DNA of 64,000 bases. It comes from Myxococcota bacterium (GTDB lineage Bacteria > Myxococcota_A > UBA9160 > JAFDDA01). How positions within the stretch are numbered: position 1 is the stretch's first letter; the number at the start of each line of letters is the position of its first letter. Below are positions 1 to 8,996 of the stretch, in pieces. The position numbers were made by a program, and so were the translations under genes. The stretch lies in the NCBI GenBank assembly GCA_965228475.1, contig OZ245817.1:2240001-2304000 (forward strand), in the 5' to 3' direction. The notes beneath the pieces are model-generated. The model did not search any database, had not been told where the DNA came from, and saw only the letters and a list, made by a program, of their open reading frames with translations.

Positions 1-1637
1 GGCTCGTAGATCGAGATGTTCACGTTCTCGAACTGGGCGGCGCGGGGCAGGGCGCCGTCGCCCGTCCAGCGGCCGCCCGTCGCGCCGGCGCCCGACTCGT
101 CGCGCCGCTGCCAGTTCCAGCCGTCGTAGGGCGGCGAATCGATCTCCTCGGGGCGGTACGTGGGGTGCGTGACGAAGACCATCGCCTGCTCGTCGAGGGT
201 CGCCTGCCAGATGTGGGTCTGGTTGCCGCGCACGCCCTTCCGGTAGTCCTGGGCCGTCGAGAGCATGTAGTCGCGCGTGCGGTAGGTGTAGGTGTTCACT
301 TCCTTCAGCAGCGCGAAGTTCGCGGCGGGCCAGAGGCCGCGCAGGAGCAGGTAGGCGTTCTGGACGGACTGGTCGAAGTTGCCCGGGATCCAGACGGCGT
401 TGGCGAGATCGGCGAACTGGGCGAACTGGGCGTCGAACAGGTCGTACTCGAAACCCTGCTGGAGCGTCAGCCCGACGTGGCTCCACACCGTGAGCGCGTT
501 CGTGCCCCACCAGTACGGCAGGTACTCCTCGTCGCACCAATCCCAGCCGAGCGGCGCGCCAGGCTCGCAGGTGGCGGCCCCGACCGGCGGCTCCTCCTCG
601 AGCGGCAGGTTCATTCGCTCGCGGTCGACCATGGGCTCGTCGTAGGTCGCGATGCGGCGGATGATCTCGGGCAGCCGGTAGCGCTGGGTCTTCGCCAGCA
701 GGGCGACGGTCGCGTCGCCGCGGCCGCCGTAGGGAATGTCCGTGTCCTGGAAGAGGAACTGGGCGGAGCCGAAGGTGTCTTCGGTCGTCGCCGAGGCCTT
801 GTCCTTGATGTAGGAGCGCCCGTGGGTGGCGCCGAAGGTTCCCTCGTGGAGGTGGAGGGCGATGTCCAGGAAGACGAGGTCGAGGACCATCGACGCGCGC
901 CGCACGAGGTCCGGGTCGTCGGACCATTCGATGAAGGTGAGCAGCGGGCGGATGTCGAGGTTGTAGTAGACGTTCGAGTGCCACTCGGCGAAGCCGACGA
1001 GGGCGCGCTCGCGCAGCCAGTCGCGGATGAACTCGCGGGCGCGGTCGCGATGCCAGGCGCCGGTCTCGCCCGTGACGGTGAAGATCTGATCCGGGTAGAG
1101 CTGCCCCGTCAGATACTCGGCGACCTTGAACATCAGGACGTGGTTCTCGGTCCAGTACCACATGTCGTCGGTGACGGGCTCGCCGTCGAACATGCGCGAG
1201 GGCGTCGGGTCCGTGTACCAGTACTTGAAGTCGAAGAGCGCCTGCTCTGCGGCCGCCCAGGTCGCTTCGCTCGCCGCCGGGTGCCCCCGGAAGCCGTAGA
1301 GGAGATTGATCAGGCGGACGGCGTCGAAGTCGCTCGTGTCCCGCAGACGGAACATCTTCTCGAAGATCCCGTCCCAGGATCCGTCCGGGATCGAGCCCGC
1401 GGCGACCGAGAAGTTCGGATCGCGGTTTTCGCGTTCGAGGTGGCCGACGACGTTCCCGATCGATCCAGGGGAGAGGGGCGCCCCCGTCGCATGCACCAGC
1501 CAATCGATCTGGCGGCCCCACATCCACGAGGGCGAGGCGAAGCCGTCGGTCGAGGGCAGGCATCCGGAGCCGGTGGTGAGCGTCATGGCGGCGAGAAGGG
1601 GGAGGGCAAGCCAGGTGGAGCGGGAGAGCGTGCGCAT
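1..1637 (-). CDS. Large putative lipoprotein, 3' end off the window; possibly a heparinase II/III-like or other glycan-active fold
   Basis: Not in the ORF track because there is no stop in the window. Manual translation from ATG 1637: MRTLSRSTWLALPLLAAMTLTTGSGC (lipobox-like Cys), then DFKYWY, MWYWTENH, GFAEWHSNVYY and FGATHGRSY. The frame stays open to the edge. The fold guess is inference. Confidence 0.75.
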   Translation of the reverse strand, partial: MRTLSRSTWLALPLLAAMTLTTGSGCLPSTDGFASPSWMWGRQIDWLVHATGAPLSPGSIGNVVGHLERENRDPNFSVAAGSIPDGSWDGIFEKMFRLRDTSDFDAVRLINLLYGFRGHPAASEATWAAAEQALFDFKYWYTDPTPSRMFDGEPVTDDMWYWTENHVLMFKVAEYLTGQLYPDQIFTVTGETGAWHRDRAREFIRDWLRERALVGFAEWHSNVYYNLDIRPLLTFIEWSDDPDLVRRASMVLDLVFLDIALHLHEGTFGATHGRSYIKDKASATTEDTFGSAQFLFQDTDIPYGGRGDATVALLAKTQRYRLPEIIRRIATYDEPMVDRERMNLPLEEEPPVGAATCEPGAPLGWDWCDEEYLPYWWGTNALTVWSHVGLTLQQGFEYDLFDAQFAQFADLANAVWIPGNFDQSVQNAYLLLRGLWPAANFALLKEVNTYTYRTRDYMLSTAQDYRKGVRGNQTHIWQATLDEQAMVFVTHPTYRPEEIDSPPYDGWNWQRRDESGAGATGGRWTGDGALPRAAQFENVNISIYE

Positions 1638-1787
1638 CGGCCCAATTTAACACCGATTCAGGGGCCGGTGTGACGTGCGGCAGAGCCCGCACGGAGCCCG
1701 CAGGCAGGCGGCAACCCGCGCAGCTCGCCGGCCTTCACCGTCTTTTCGGCTGGCCTCGCGCCGGGGCTCCAGCGCGCGCAGCCGCGC

Positions 1788-3722
1788 CTACGCCTTCCGG
1801 CGAGCCCTCCGCCAGCCGAGCAGCGCCAGCGCCGGGAGCACCTCGGCGCCGAGCCCGCAGGCGGAGCCCGGGGCTTCCTGGACGTCGTTCGAGTGGGTGC
1901 AGTCGGCGTCGGGGCTCTCGGGAACCGGGCCGCCGTCCCAGTCGATGGCATCGTCCGCGTCGTTGTCGATGTCGTCGCTGCAGGCCGTATGGAAGGTCTT
2001 GATGCGGAGCTGCCAGTCGAGGAGGTCCGTGCCGTCGCCGGGGTTGAGGCCGTCGCGGAATCCGAGGGTGTAGGTCCCCTTGGCGGGGCGGCCCGCGGCG
2101 AAGATCAGATCGTCCACGAGCGCGCGACCGGACTGCGTGCCGCAGTTCGGCTGACCGGAGCCGGCCTCGTCGTCGAACCAGACGTCGTGGAACGAGGAGC
2201 GGTTATCACAGCCCGGGCGGTCGTCGAGCAGGACTTCCCAGGGATCCTTGTAGAGCGTGATCTCGAGGTTGTCGGCGTAGTTGGCCGACGTGCGCACGTA
2301 GACGTCGATGTCGCTGATTACGCCGGGCTCGTCGATGGTCGCCGAGACCTGCGTCTCGATGGCGGTGTCGACGTCGTCGGCCGGGTCGCCGTGGATCACG
2401 ATGCGCGACTCGCCAGGCTCCGTGAAGCGGACGGTGAAGGTGCAGACCTCGGGGTTCGCGGTCGCGGTGCCGGTCTCCATCGCGCCGGTCGGGCCGACCA
2501 TCGTGACGGCGGGGCGGAGCTGGCAGGCCCCGGTGGGGTCCGCGTCGCACAGGGCGGGGTTCGCGGCCTGGGCGGCGTCGATCAGGGCGCCACGATCGAA
2601 GAAGCCCGTCGGTCCGAACGCGCGCTCGTACTCGAGCTCCTGGCCGTCCGCGAGCAGGCCGTCGCAGGGCATCGGGCCGCCGACGTACCAACCGAGGCCT
2701 CCGGGCAGGAGGACGGGCGGCTCGATCGAGACGCTGCTCTCGTCCTGGATCCCGCAGCCGGAGCCGCCGATCTGCTGGGTCACGACCGGGCCGGCCGGCG
2801 TGTCGAGGGAGACGGTGCCGGACCAGCCGCCGCAGTACTCGGTCGCCGAGGGCGGGCGGACGAAGACCATGTACATCACGCCGCCGTCGCCGCCGCCCGC
2901 GCGGTTGCCGGGGATCTGGATGCTCGCTCCGAGCGGAAGGATCTCGCGCGAGCGGTAGAGGTCGTAGTTCACGTCGTTGATGTTCAGGATGCGGTTCACC
3001 ACGGTCTGGCCGGTGGCGACGTAGTCGGCCGCGAGCCAGGACGGGATCTGCGTCGCGTTCGCGTCGTAGGCGATGTAGACGTATTCGTAACGCCCGAGGT
3101 CGAAGGAGACCTCGACCGCCGCCGTCGAGGCGAAGTCGTTCGAGTCGGTGCGGATCCACTGGGCGCAGCCGAGGTCGGCCGGGAACGATTCGAGCGTATA
3201 GATGGAGGTGTTGACGTAGGGCTGCGAACCGATCGCGGGGTCGGAGACGGTGTCGAGGTCCGCGGGCTGGACGTTCTGCGTTGCGTGATTCCCGCCGAAC
3301 TCGCAGCCGTCGTAGGGGTAGAGGTCGGAGACGTCGGTGCGCGTCCACTCGCTCGAGGGAACGCCCTCGAGGGCGAGCGTGCCGGTCATGACGGTTCCCG
3401 GGATCTCGGCGGGGCGGCACGCCCGGGAGTTCCCGGGACAGTCGGGCGAGATGAGCGTCGGGCCGGCCGCGTCGAGTTCGAAACACGGGATGGCGGGCGT
3501 ATCGACGCAGACGAAGCTCGGCACCGGCTCGCCGGGCTGGTTCATCCAGTACTTCTCGAGGTCTTCTTCCGAGGGGCCGGGCGGGTTGCCGAGCCCGGGG
3601 CCCTGCGCGCCCGCGAAGGCGAGTGCGGGCGCCAGTGCGACGGCAAGCCCCACCAGGGCGGCCTTCGCGAACGGAGTGGTGAATCGGAGCGGCTTCGACG
3701 GGGCGCGTGAGATGGAGAGCAA
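1788..3722 (-). CDS. Secreted/surface protein (~644 aa) with a proprotein-convertase P-like domain, an Asp-rich CSDxIDND motif and a C-terminal CGLG-hydrophobic-basic tail
   Basis: C-terminal part of track ORF 1788..5156. TTG at 3722 sits 6 nt after GAGGAGG. Signal peptide KAALVGLAVALAPALAFA. P-domain-like ISDIDVYVRT...NLEITL...FDDEA...GTYTL...DWQLRI. Ends ACGLGAEVLPALALLGWRRARRKA. Confidence 0.75.
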   Translation of the reverse strand: MLSISRAPSKPLRFTTPFAKAALVGLAVALAPALAFAGAQGPGLGNPPGPSEEDLEKYWMNQPGEPVPSFVCVDTPAIPCFELDAAGPTLISPDCPGNSRACRPAEIPGTVMTGTLALEGVPSSEWTRTDVSDLYPYDGCEFGGNHATQNVQPADLDTVSDPAIGSQPYVNTSIYTLESFPADLGCAQWIRTDSNDFASTAAVEVSFDLGRYEYVYIAYDANATQIPSWLAADYVATGQTVVNRILNINDVNYDLYRSREILPLGASIQIPGNRAGGGDGGVMYMVFVRPPSATEYCGGWSGTVSLDTPAGPVVTQQIGGSGCGIQDESSVSIEPPVLLPGGLGWYVGGPMPCDGLLADGQELEYERAFGPTGFFDRGALIDAAQAANPALCDADPTGACQLRPAVTMVGPTGAMETGTATANPEVCTFTVRFTEPGESRIVIHGDPADDVDTAIETQVSATIDEPGVISDIDVYVRTSANYADNLEITLYKDPWEVLLDDRPGCDNRSSFHDVWFDDEAGSGQPNCGTQSGRALVDDLIFAAGRPAKGTYTLGFRDGLNPGDGTDLLDWQLRIKTFHTACSDDIDNDADDAIDWDGGPVPESPDADCTHSNDVQEAPGSACGLGAEVLPALALLGWRRARRKA

Positions 3723-3823
3723 GAGAGGCCTCCTCGGCAGGGAAGAGGCGAAAATAGGGTTTTCCACCCAGCCGCTGCCAATCTTATTCGACGAGTGGCC
3801 GGTTCGACGGCGGGCGCGTGTGC

Positions 3824-6253
3824 CTAATTCGACGGAGGCGGGGGTTCTTCTGCCGCCCTCGGGCCCGCGCTCCCCGGAGGGGGCTGCCCGAGAGGCCGGA
3901 TCCAGAGCGTGAAGGGCTCGTCGCGGCCCTTGAGCGCGATTCCCTCGCGCGGCTCGAACGGCGCTGCGGCCGCACCGGCCCGCTCGCGCGTGACCTCGTC
4001 GAGGATGATCGATGCATCGAGGTCGCGCGTCTTCGCTTCGAGGCGGGCCGCGATGTTCGGGGTGTTGCCGATGACCGTCCAGATCTTGCGGTCGACGGAT
4101 TGGATGTCGCCCACGTAGGACACGCCCGTCGCGATCCCCACGCCGACGGAGAGCGTCACGTCGCCGCGCTCGCCGAAGGCTCCCGTCTCGACGGCCTCGA
4201 TCACGTCGAGGGAGGCCTCGACCGCGCAGCGCTCCTTGTCCTCGAGCTCGACCGGCGCGCCGAAGGCCGCCATCAGCCCGTCGCCCTGGAACTGGATCAC
4301 CGTGCCGCCGTGGTCGCGGATCTTGCGTGACACCGCTTCGGTGTAGGCGTTCACGACGGCGAAGATCTCGCTGGCGGCCCGGCGCTGCGACATCGCCGTG
4401 TAGCCGCGCACGTCGACGAACAGGATCGTGACGTCGCGCTCGCCGGGAGCGGTGTCGGCGCCCTTGCGGATCTCGTCCGCGATCGAGGCGGGGGCGTAGC
4501 GGGCGATCTCTTCGAAGAGCCGCCGCTGCTCGGCCTCGAGCGCGCGCTCCTCGAACTTCGAGAAGGCGAGGCCCACGCGCTCCCCGAGGCCGTCGAGCAT
4601 GGCGATCTCCGGCCGCGAGTAGAGCTCGCCCGAGAGCTTGTCGCCGAAGCAGATGAAGGCCTCGAGCTGGTCGGCGGTGTGGATCGGGAGGATCACGTTG
4701 GCGCCGAGCGAGTCGAGGGAGGCGAGGTCGCCGGCGTCGAGCAGCCCGCGGCGCTCCCAGCGGCGCGTCCGGCTGCGCTCGACCGGGCCGTCCGCATCCG
4801 CCAGCAGCGTCGCGAAGGGGCCCTCGGCGGCGAAGCCCGGCGGGGGGACGCCGCCGTGCGCGGAGACCGGAACGAAGGCCTCGCCCGCGCGCGCGTAGAC
4901 CACGCAGGTCTCGAGCGTGAGCCGCTCGCCGAGCTCCTCGCCGAGGGCGCGCAGGAGATCGCCCGGGGATTCGAAGCTTTCCGCGCGGCCGCGTAGATCG
5001 CGCAGGACGGCCTCTGCCTCGAACTGCTCGCGGAAGAAGCGGCGCTCGATCCACGGCCGAAGCCGCCGGACCGCGATCGGCATGGGCGCCGCGAGCGCGC
5101 CGGTGATCACCCAGAGCAAGGTCATGGACTGCATGCCGGTGGCCTGACTGGCCCATTCGGCGAGGGGCGGCACGCCCTGGACCAGCGCCACCAGGAAGAG
5201 GGGCGCGAGCAGCGTCGTCGCCGCGGTCGTGGTGATCAGGCGGTTGATGTCGAACAAGTTATCGCGGATGAGCGCGACGAGCATTCCCAGCGGGACGAGC
5301 GCCTGGAACGCGAGGCTCGCGGCGTACCACTGGCGCAGGTCCGGGCGCGCCGCCACGAGCGCGGAGGCCGCGAGCACGGGCAGCGTCCCGACCGCGAAGC
5401 TGTAGACCGCCCACTTCATCTGGCGCCGCCCCGGCGCGTCCGCCCGGCGCCAGTTGCGCAGCACCGCCAGGAGGATCGCGAAGATGGTGAGACCGGAGAG
5501 CGCGCCCACGGCGCTGAAGCCGTAGGCGTCGATGCTCGGTGCGCCGAAGATCCAGACGTAGAGCGCCGGCCCCATCGCGAGCAGCAGCCACGCCCAGCGC
5601 AGGAGCGGGCGGTTCGCCTGCGCGAGCCCTTCGGGGAAGAGCAGCGCCGTGCGCACCTGCAGGGCCGGGTAGAAGAATCCCGAGAGCACGACGAGCCACA
5701 GGCCGGCCGAGGTCTGCCACGGGGTCCCCGCGTACCAGCTCGAGAAGTGGAGGCTGGTCGCCAGCGCGGCCAGGGCGAAGGCGCGCACGGTGGGCGAGCC
5801 GCGGCCCTGAAGGAGCGCGAGCACCGCGGACAGGCCGAGCGCGAGGGAGAGGGGGAGCTGGGCGAGCGGGACCGGGACGCGCTGGATCTCGAGCACGGCC
5901 GGCACGCGTAGGCCGTCGCGCTTCACCTCGAAGTGGACGAGTCCGTTCGCGTCCGCGGCCGGGAAGGCGTGCGCGAGGACGTCGAGCCGCCCGGCACCGA
6001 GGAGTGCGCGCTCGCCGACGCGAAGGAGCTCGTCGCCGGGGGCGATGCGTTCGGGATGGTCGCGCGCCTCCGACCACAGGGAGCGGACGCGCGGGCCTTC
6101 CTCCGGACTCGCGGCGGCATCGAGATAGACCGGAAGCCAGGCGAGCGGCCGGTCGCTCACGTGGCGGTCGATGTGGACGATCACGGCGACGGCCCACAGG
6201 GGAACGAGCGTCACGAGGATCAGGCGATCCCAGAAGGCGAGGCGCCGGGTCAT
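3824..6253 (-). CDS. Multi-TM class III adenylate/guanylate cyclase with a PDZ-like N-terminal region and a GAF-like domain
   Basis: Cyclase motifs TILFVDVRGYT, QFQGDG, GVGIATG and TVIGNTPNIAARLE. PDZ-like IAPGDELLRVG...VKRDG. Many hydrophobic helices. Confidence 0.9.
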   Translation of the reverse strand: MTRRLAFWDRLILVTLVPLWAVAVIVHIDRHVSDRPLAWLPVYLDAAASPEEGPRVRSLWSEARDHPERIAPGDELLRVGERALLGAGRLDVLAHAFPAADANGLVHFEVKRDGLRVPAVLEIQRVPVPLAQLPLSLALGLSAVLALLQGRGSPTVRAFALAALATSLHFSSWYAGTPWQTSAGLWLVVLSGFFYPALQVRTALLFPEGLAQANRPLLRWAWLLLAMGPALYVWIFGAPSIDAYGFSAVGALSGLTIFAILLAVLRNWRRADAPGRRQMKWAVYSFAVGTLPVLAASALVAARPDLRQWYAASLAFQALVPLGMLVALIRDNLFDINRLITTTAATTLLAPLFLVALVQGVPPLAEWASQATGMQSMTLLWVITGALAAPMPIAVRRLRPWIERRFFREQFEAEAVLRDLRGRAESFESPGDLLRALGEELGERLTLETCVVYARAGEAFVPVSAHGGVPPPGFAAEGPFATLLADADGPVERSRTRRWERRGLLDAGDLASLDSLGANVILPIHTADQLEAFICFGDKLSGELYSRPEIAMLDGLGERVGLAFSKFEERALEAEQRRLFEEIARYAPASIADEIRKGADTAPGERDVTILFVDVRGYTAMSQRRAASEIFAVVNAYTEAVSRKIRDHGGTVIQFQGDGLMAAFGAPVELEDKERCAVEASLDVIEAVETGAFGERGDVTLSVGVGIATGVSYVGDIQSVDRKIWTVIGNTPNIAARLEAKTRDLDASIILDEVTRERAGAAAAPFEPREGIALKGRDEPFTLWIRPLGQPPPGSAGPRAAEEPPPPSN

Positions 6254-7842
6254 CGCGTCGGCCCCCGGCCGCGAAGGCCGTGGCGGGCCGTTCCGATGGC
6301 CACGGCGCCCCCGAGCACCCAGGGCACGAGTGCGCCGTAGCGGACGAAGGGCGTCTGTTCGGTTCGAAGCCGGGCCTCGGTGCGAAGCACCGCCGGTGCG
6401 TCGAGCGGTGCGCGTGCGACGGTCCGGCCCGAGGGCGCGATCGCGCTGGTCACGCCGTCGACCGTCGCGCGCAGGAGCCAGCGCCGGGTCTCGACGGCGC
6501 GCAGGCTGGCGTAGGTGCGCTGGAGCTCGCGGGCCGCGGGCGCCACGAGCCAGCCGTCGTTCGCGGGGTTCAGCAGGAGCTCGGCGCCCGCCCGCACGCG
6601 CCGCGCCACGTCGCCCGCGAACATGACCTCGGAACAGACGGCGATGCCGAGGTGGCCGGAGCTCGCGCGCAGGGGCACGTCCGACGTGCCGGGGACGAGC
6701 GGGTCCAGGGATTCGGGCCAGCGGCCGAAGGCGCGCGTTTCGCCCAGCGGGATCAAGCGCTGCTTGTCGCGCTCCCCGGCCCAGACGCCGCCGCGCCGGA
6801 CGAGGAAGACGCGGTTCGTCCTCCCGGTGTCCGGGGCCGTGCGCTTCGGGAGGCCGACCGCGCCGAACACGAGATCGACACCGTGCTCGCGCGAGAGGTC
6901 GGCGATCGCGCTGCGGGCGGCGAAGTCGCGCTCCACGGGGAAGGCGATCGCCTGCTCGGGCCAGACGACGAGGGGGACGCGCCCGGAGGCCGGCGGGTCC
7001 GCGCGCTGTCCGGGGGGCACGGGCGTCCGCGCGATCCCCGCTTCTTCGAGCGCGCTGCGGGTGGACGCGAGGTAGGTGTCGAGGCGCCGGGCCTGCGTTG
7101 CCGGGTCGAAGCGCTCGTCGCGCGGGGTCGCGCCCTGGACGAGCCAGACCGGGACGGGCTCGCCTCGCAGGTCTTCGTCACGCTCGGTGAGGGCGGCGAT
7201 GACGAGAAGGCCGACGAGCCCGGCGAGTAGAACCCGCTCCCAGGGGTGGCTTCGGATCCGGGCCGAGAACGGTTCGGCGAGGAAGCCGCCGACGATCGCC
7301 ATGACGGTGCTCAACCCGGCAGCCCCCCAGAAGGCCGCCGACTGCACGAGGGCGGGCGCCGGAACCTGCGTGGCCGAGAGTCCGAGCACCGGGTTGGCCA
7401 GGGGGCCGATGCCCCGCACGAACTCCGCGAGGCCGAAGCCCAACCCGAGCAGCAGCGGCGAGACCGGCGCTCTACGCGCGAGCCACGCGGCCCACGCCCC
7501 GAAGGCGACGACGCACCAGCCGCCGGCCACCACGAACGAAGCGAAGGTCGCCGGCACGCTCCACGCTGCCGGGATGTGGAAGAAGTTCACCAGCGACTGG
7601 GGCAGCCACGGCAGTGACAGGGCTCCCACGCTGAGCGCGAAGCCGATCCCGCACAGCGCCCCTGCGCGGATCGATCCGCCCGCGACGGCCCAGATGAGAA
7701 GCGGCGTCGTGAGCCAACCCGCGGGCCAGAAAGAAAAGGGCGGCAGCGCGATCGCGGTACCCGCGCCGCTCAGCAACACCGCGACGGTTCGGCAGGCGAT
7801 GCCCTTCGACCCGCGGTCGGACTGGGAACGGGCTGCGGGCAT
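6250..7842 (-). CDS. lnt: Apolipoprotein N-acyltransferase
   Basis: N-terminal TM helices. Nitrilase-fold triad WPE, K(QRLIPLGE), CSE. Also NPANDGW, RAVETRR, and C-terminal QTPFVRYG plus a TM helix. Confidence 0.88.
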   Translation of the reverse strand: MPAARSQSDRGSKGIACRTVAVLLSGAGTAIALPPFSFWPAGWLTTPLLIWAVAGGSIRAGALCGIGFALSVGALSLPWLPQSLVNFFHIPAAWSVPATFASFVVAGGWCVVAFGAWAAWLARRAPVSPLLLGLGFGLAEFVRGIGPLANPVLGLSATQVPAPALVQSAAFWGAAGLSTVMAIVGGFLAEPFSARIRSHPWERVLLAGLVGLLVIAALTERDEDLRGEPVPVWLVQGATPRDERFDPATQARRLDTYLASTRSALEEAGIARTPVPPGQRADPPASGRVPLVVWPEQAIAFPVERDFAARSAIADLSREHGVDLVFGAVGLPKRTAPDTGRTNRVFLVRRGGVWAGERDKQRLIPLGETRAFGRWPESLDPLVPGTSDVPLRASSGHLGIAVCSEVMFAGDVARRVRAGAELLLNPANDGWLVAPAARELQRTYASLRAVETRRWLLRATVDGVTSAIAPSGRTVARAPLDAPAVLRTEARLRTEQTPFVRYGALVPWVLGGAVAIGTARHGLRGRGPTR

Positions 7843-7880
7843 GGCGGAAAGCTAGCCGTCCAGGGGTGGTGCGGCCGCGG

Positions 7881-8936
7881 CTAGGCGAAGTAGGTCGGCG
7901 AGGCCGCCGTCGCCGCCACGTTCTCCCGGAGCTGGGCCAGGTCCTGGATGTCGGCGTTGACCACGTCGAGCCCGTGGGCGAGCACGTAGGCGTAGCTGCG
8001 CTGGAAGGGCGAGAGCGGTGCGGCCATCAGCTTCTCGTCGTAGTAGGCGTCGAAGGCGTCGAGCTTCTTCCACCAGCCGAGGACGGGCGCGCCCGAGAGT
8101 TGGCGGGCGGCCTTCATGCCGACGAGGGCGATGCCCGAGGCCCGCGCGCGGTCGAGCACCGGCCGGAGCCCGGTCATCGGCTTCGAGCCTTCGAGCACGG
8201 CCTTGCTCTCCCAGTCGTACCAGCCGGCCGGGGTGATGGCGATCATCGCGAGGTCGTAGATCCCCGTTTCGGCCGCCGTGAGCAGCACCTTCTCGGCGTT
8301 GCGATGGGTGCTCACGCCGAGGTGGCGGACCTTCCCCGCGGCCTTGGCCTTCTCGAAGGCGGCGCGGATTTCCTCGCTCTCGATGAGGGAAGGATTGTGC
8401 GCCGCCATCAGGTAGTAGGCGTCGACCTTCTCGACGCCGAGGTCCGCGAGGCTCTCGTCGAGGCGCTCGCTCCAGATGCGCGCGGCCTCCCTGGCCTGTT
8501 GCGGGGTGACTTCGTCGTCGTTCCCGACGTCGACCTCCGCGACCGCCTTCGAGATCAGGAAGACGTCGTCGCGCCGCTTCTTCAGGAAGCCGGCGAGGTT
8601 GCGCTCGGCCCAGCGGTAGTAGCCGCGGTACCCCACGTCGAAGACGTTGATGCCCGCGTCGTAGGCTATGTCGAGCAGGTCGTCCTTGCCGCGGAACATC
8701 AGGCTCGCGCCGCAGCCCATGAAGAGCCGGCTCGCCTGGAAGCCGGTGCGGCCGAGCGTCCGGTAGGTCATGGCCGGCCACGCCGCGGGGTCCGCCGCGT
8801 CGCGCGCCGCGGTGACGGCCGCGCGCGCATCCCCCGAACCCCAGAACGTCCGCCCGCCGACGCTGATCATCGCGAGGGCTTGGAGAAAGCGCCGTCGGCT
8901 GAGGGGCCAGCGTTCGTCCTGCGGTTCGTGGCTCAT
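7881..8936 (-). CDS. Aldo/keto reductase family protein with a Tat signal
   Basis: SRRRFL twin-arginine motif. MTYRTLGRTG, GINVFDVG, FLISK, GKVRHLGVSTH and VGMK. GAGGAGG RBS. Confidence 0.85.
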   Translation of the reverse strand: MSHEPQDERWPLSRRRFLQALAMISVGGRTFWGSGDARAAVTAARDAADPAAWPAMTYRTLGRTGFQASRLFMGCGASLMFRGKDDLLDIAYDAGINVFDVGYRGYYRWAERNLAGFLKKRRDDVFLISKAVAEVDVGNDDEVTPQQAREAARIWSERLDESLADLGVEKVDAYYLMAAHNPSLIESEEIRAAFEKAKAAGKVRHLGVSTHRNAEKVLLTAAETGIYDLAMIAITPAGWYDWESKAVLEGSKPMTGLRPVLDRARASGIALVGMKAARQLSGAPVLGWWKKLDAFDAYYDEKLMAAPLSPFQRSYAYVLAHGLDVVNADIQDLAQLRENVAATAASPTYFA

Positions 8937-8996
8937 CGTCTCGCCTCCTCGCGGTGAATCGCCCCGGGGAGGGTAACCCGGAGGCCGCCCGCCGTC

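Noticed and set aside
1683..1702. GAGCCCGCA direct repeat upstream of the lipoprotein gene
   Set aside because: Two 9-mers in GC-rich DNA are too weak to call a binding site without conservation data.
3760..3830. Sigma54 or sigma28 promoter for the surface protein
   Set aside because: TGGCA lacks a correctly spaced TTGC, and the GTCGAA boxes lack a matching -35 at 16 nt.
3723..5156. N-terminal extension of track ORF 1788..5156, and similar extensions of 11049..15302, 14012..16012, 28001..29995 and 35922..37877
   Set aside because: They overlap real genes in other frames. True starts lie downstream, with RBS or promoter support.
3824..6253. Cyclase as a Pycsar/CBASS defence system
   Set aside because: There is no adjacent cNMP-binding TM or TIR effector, and the architecture is that of a membrane sensory cyclase.
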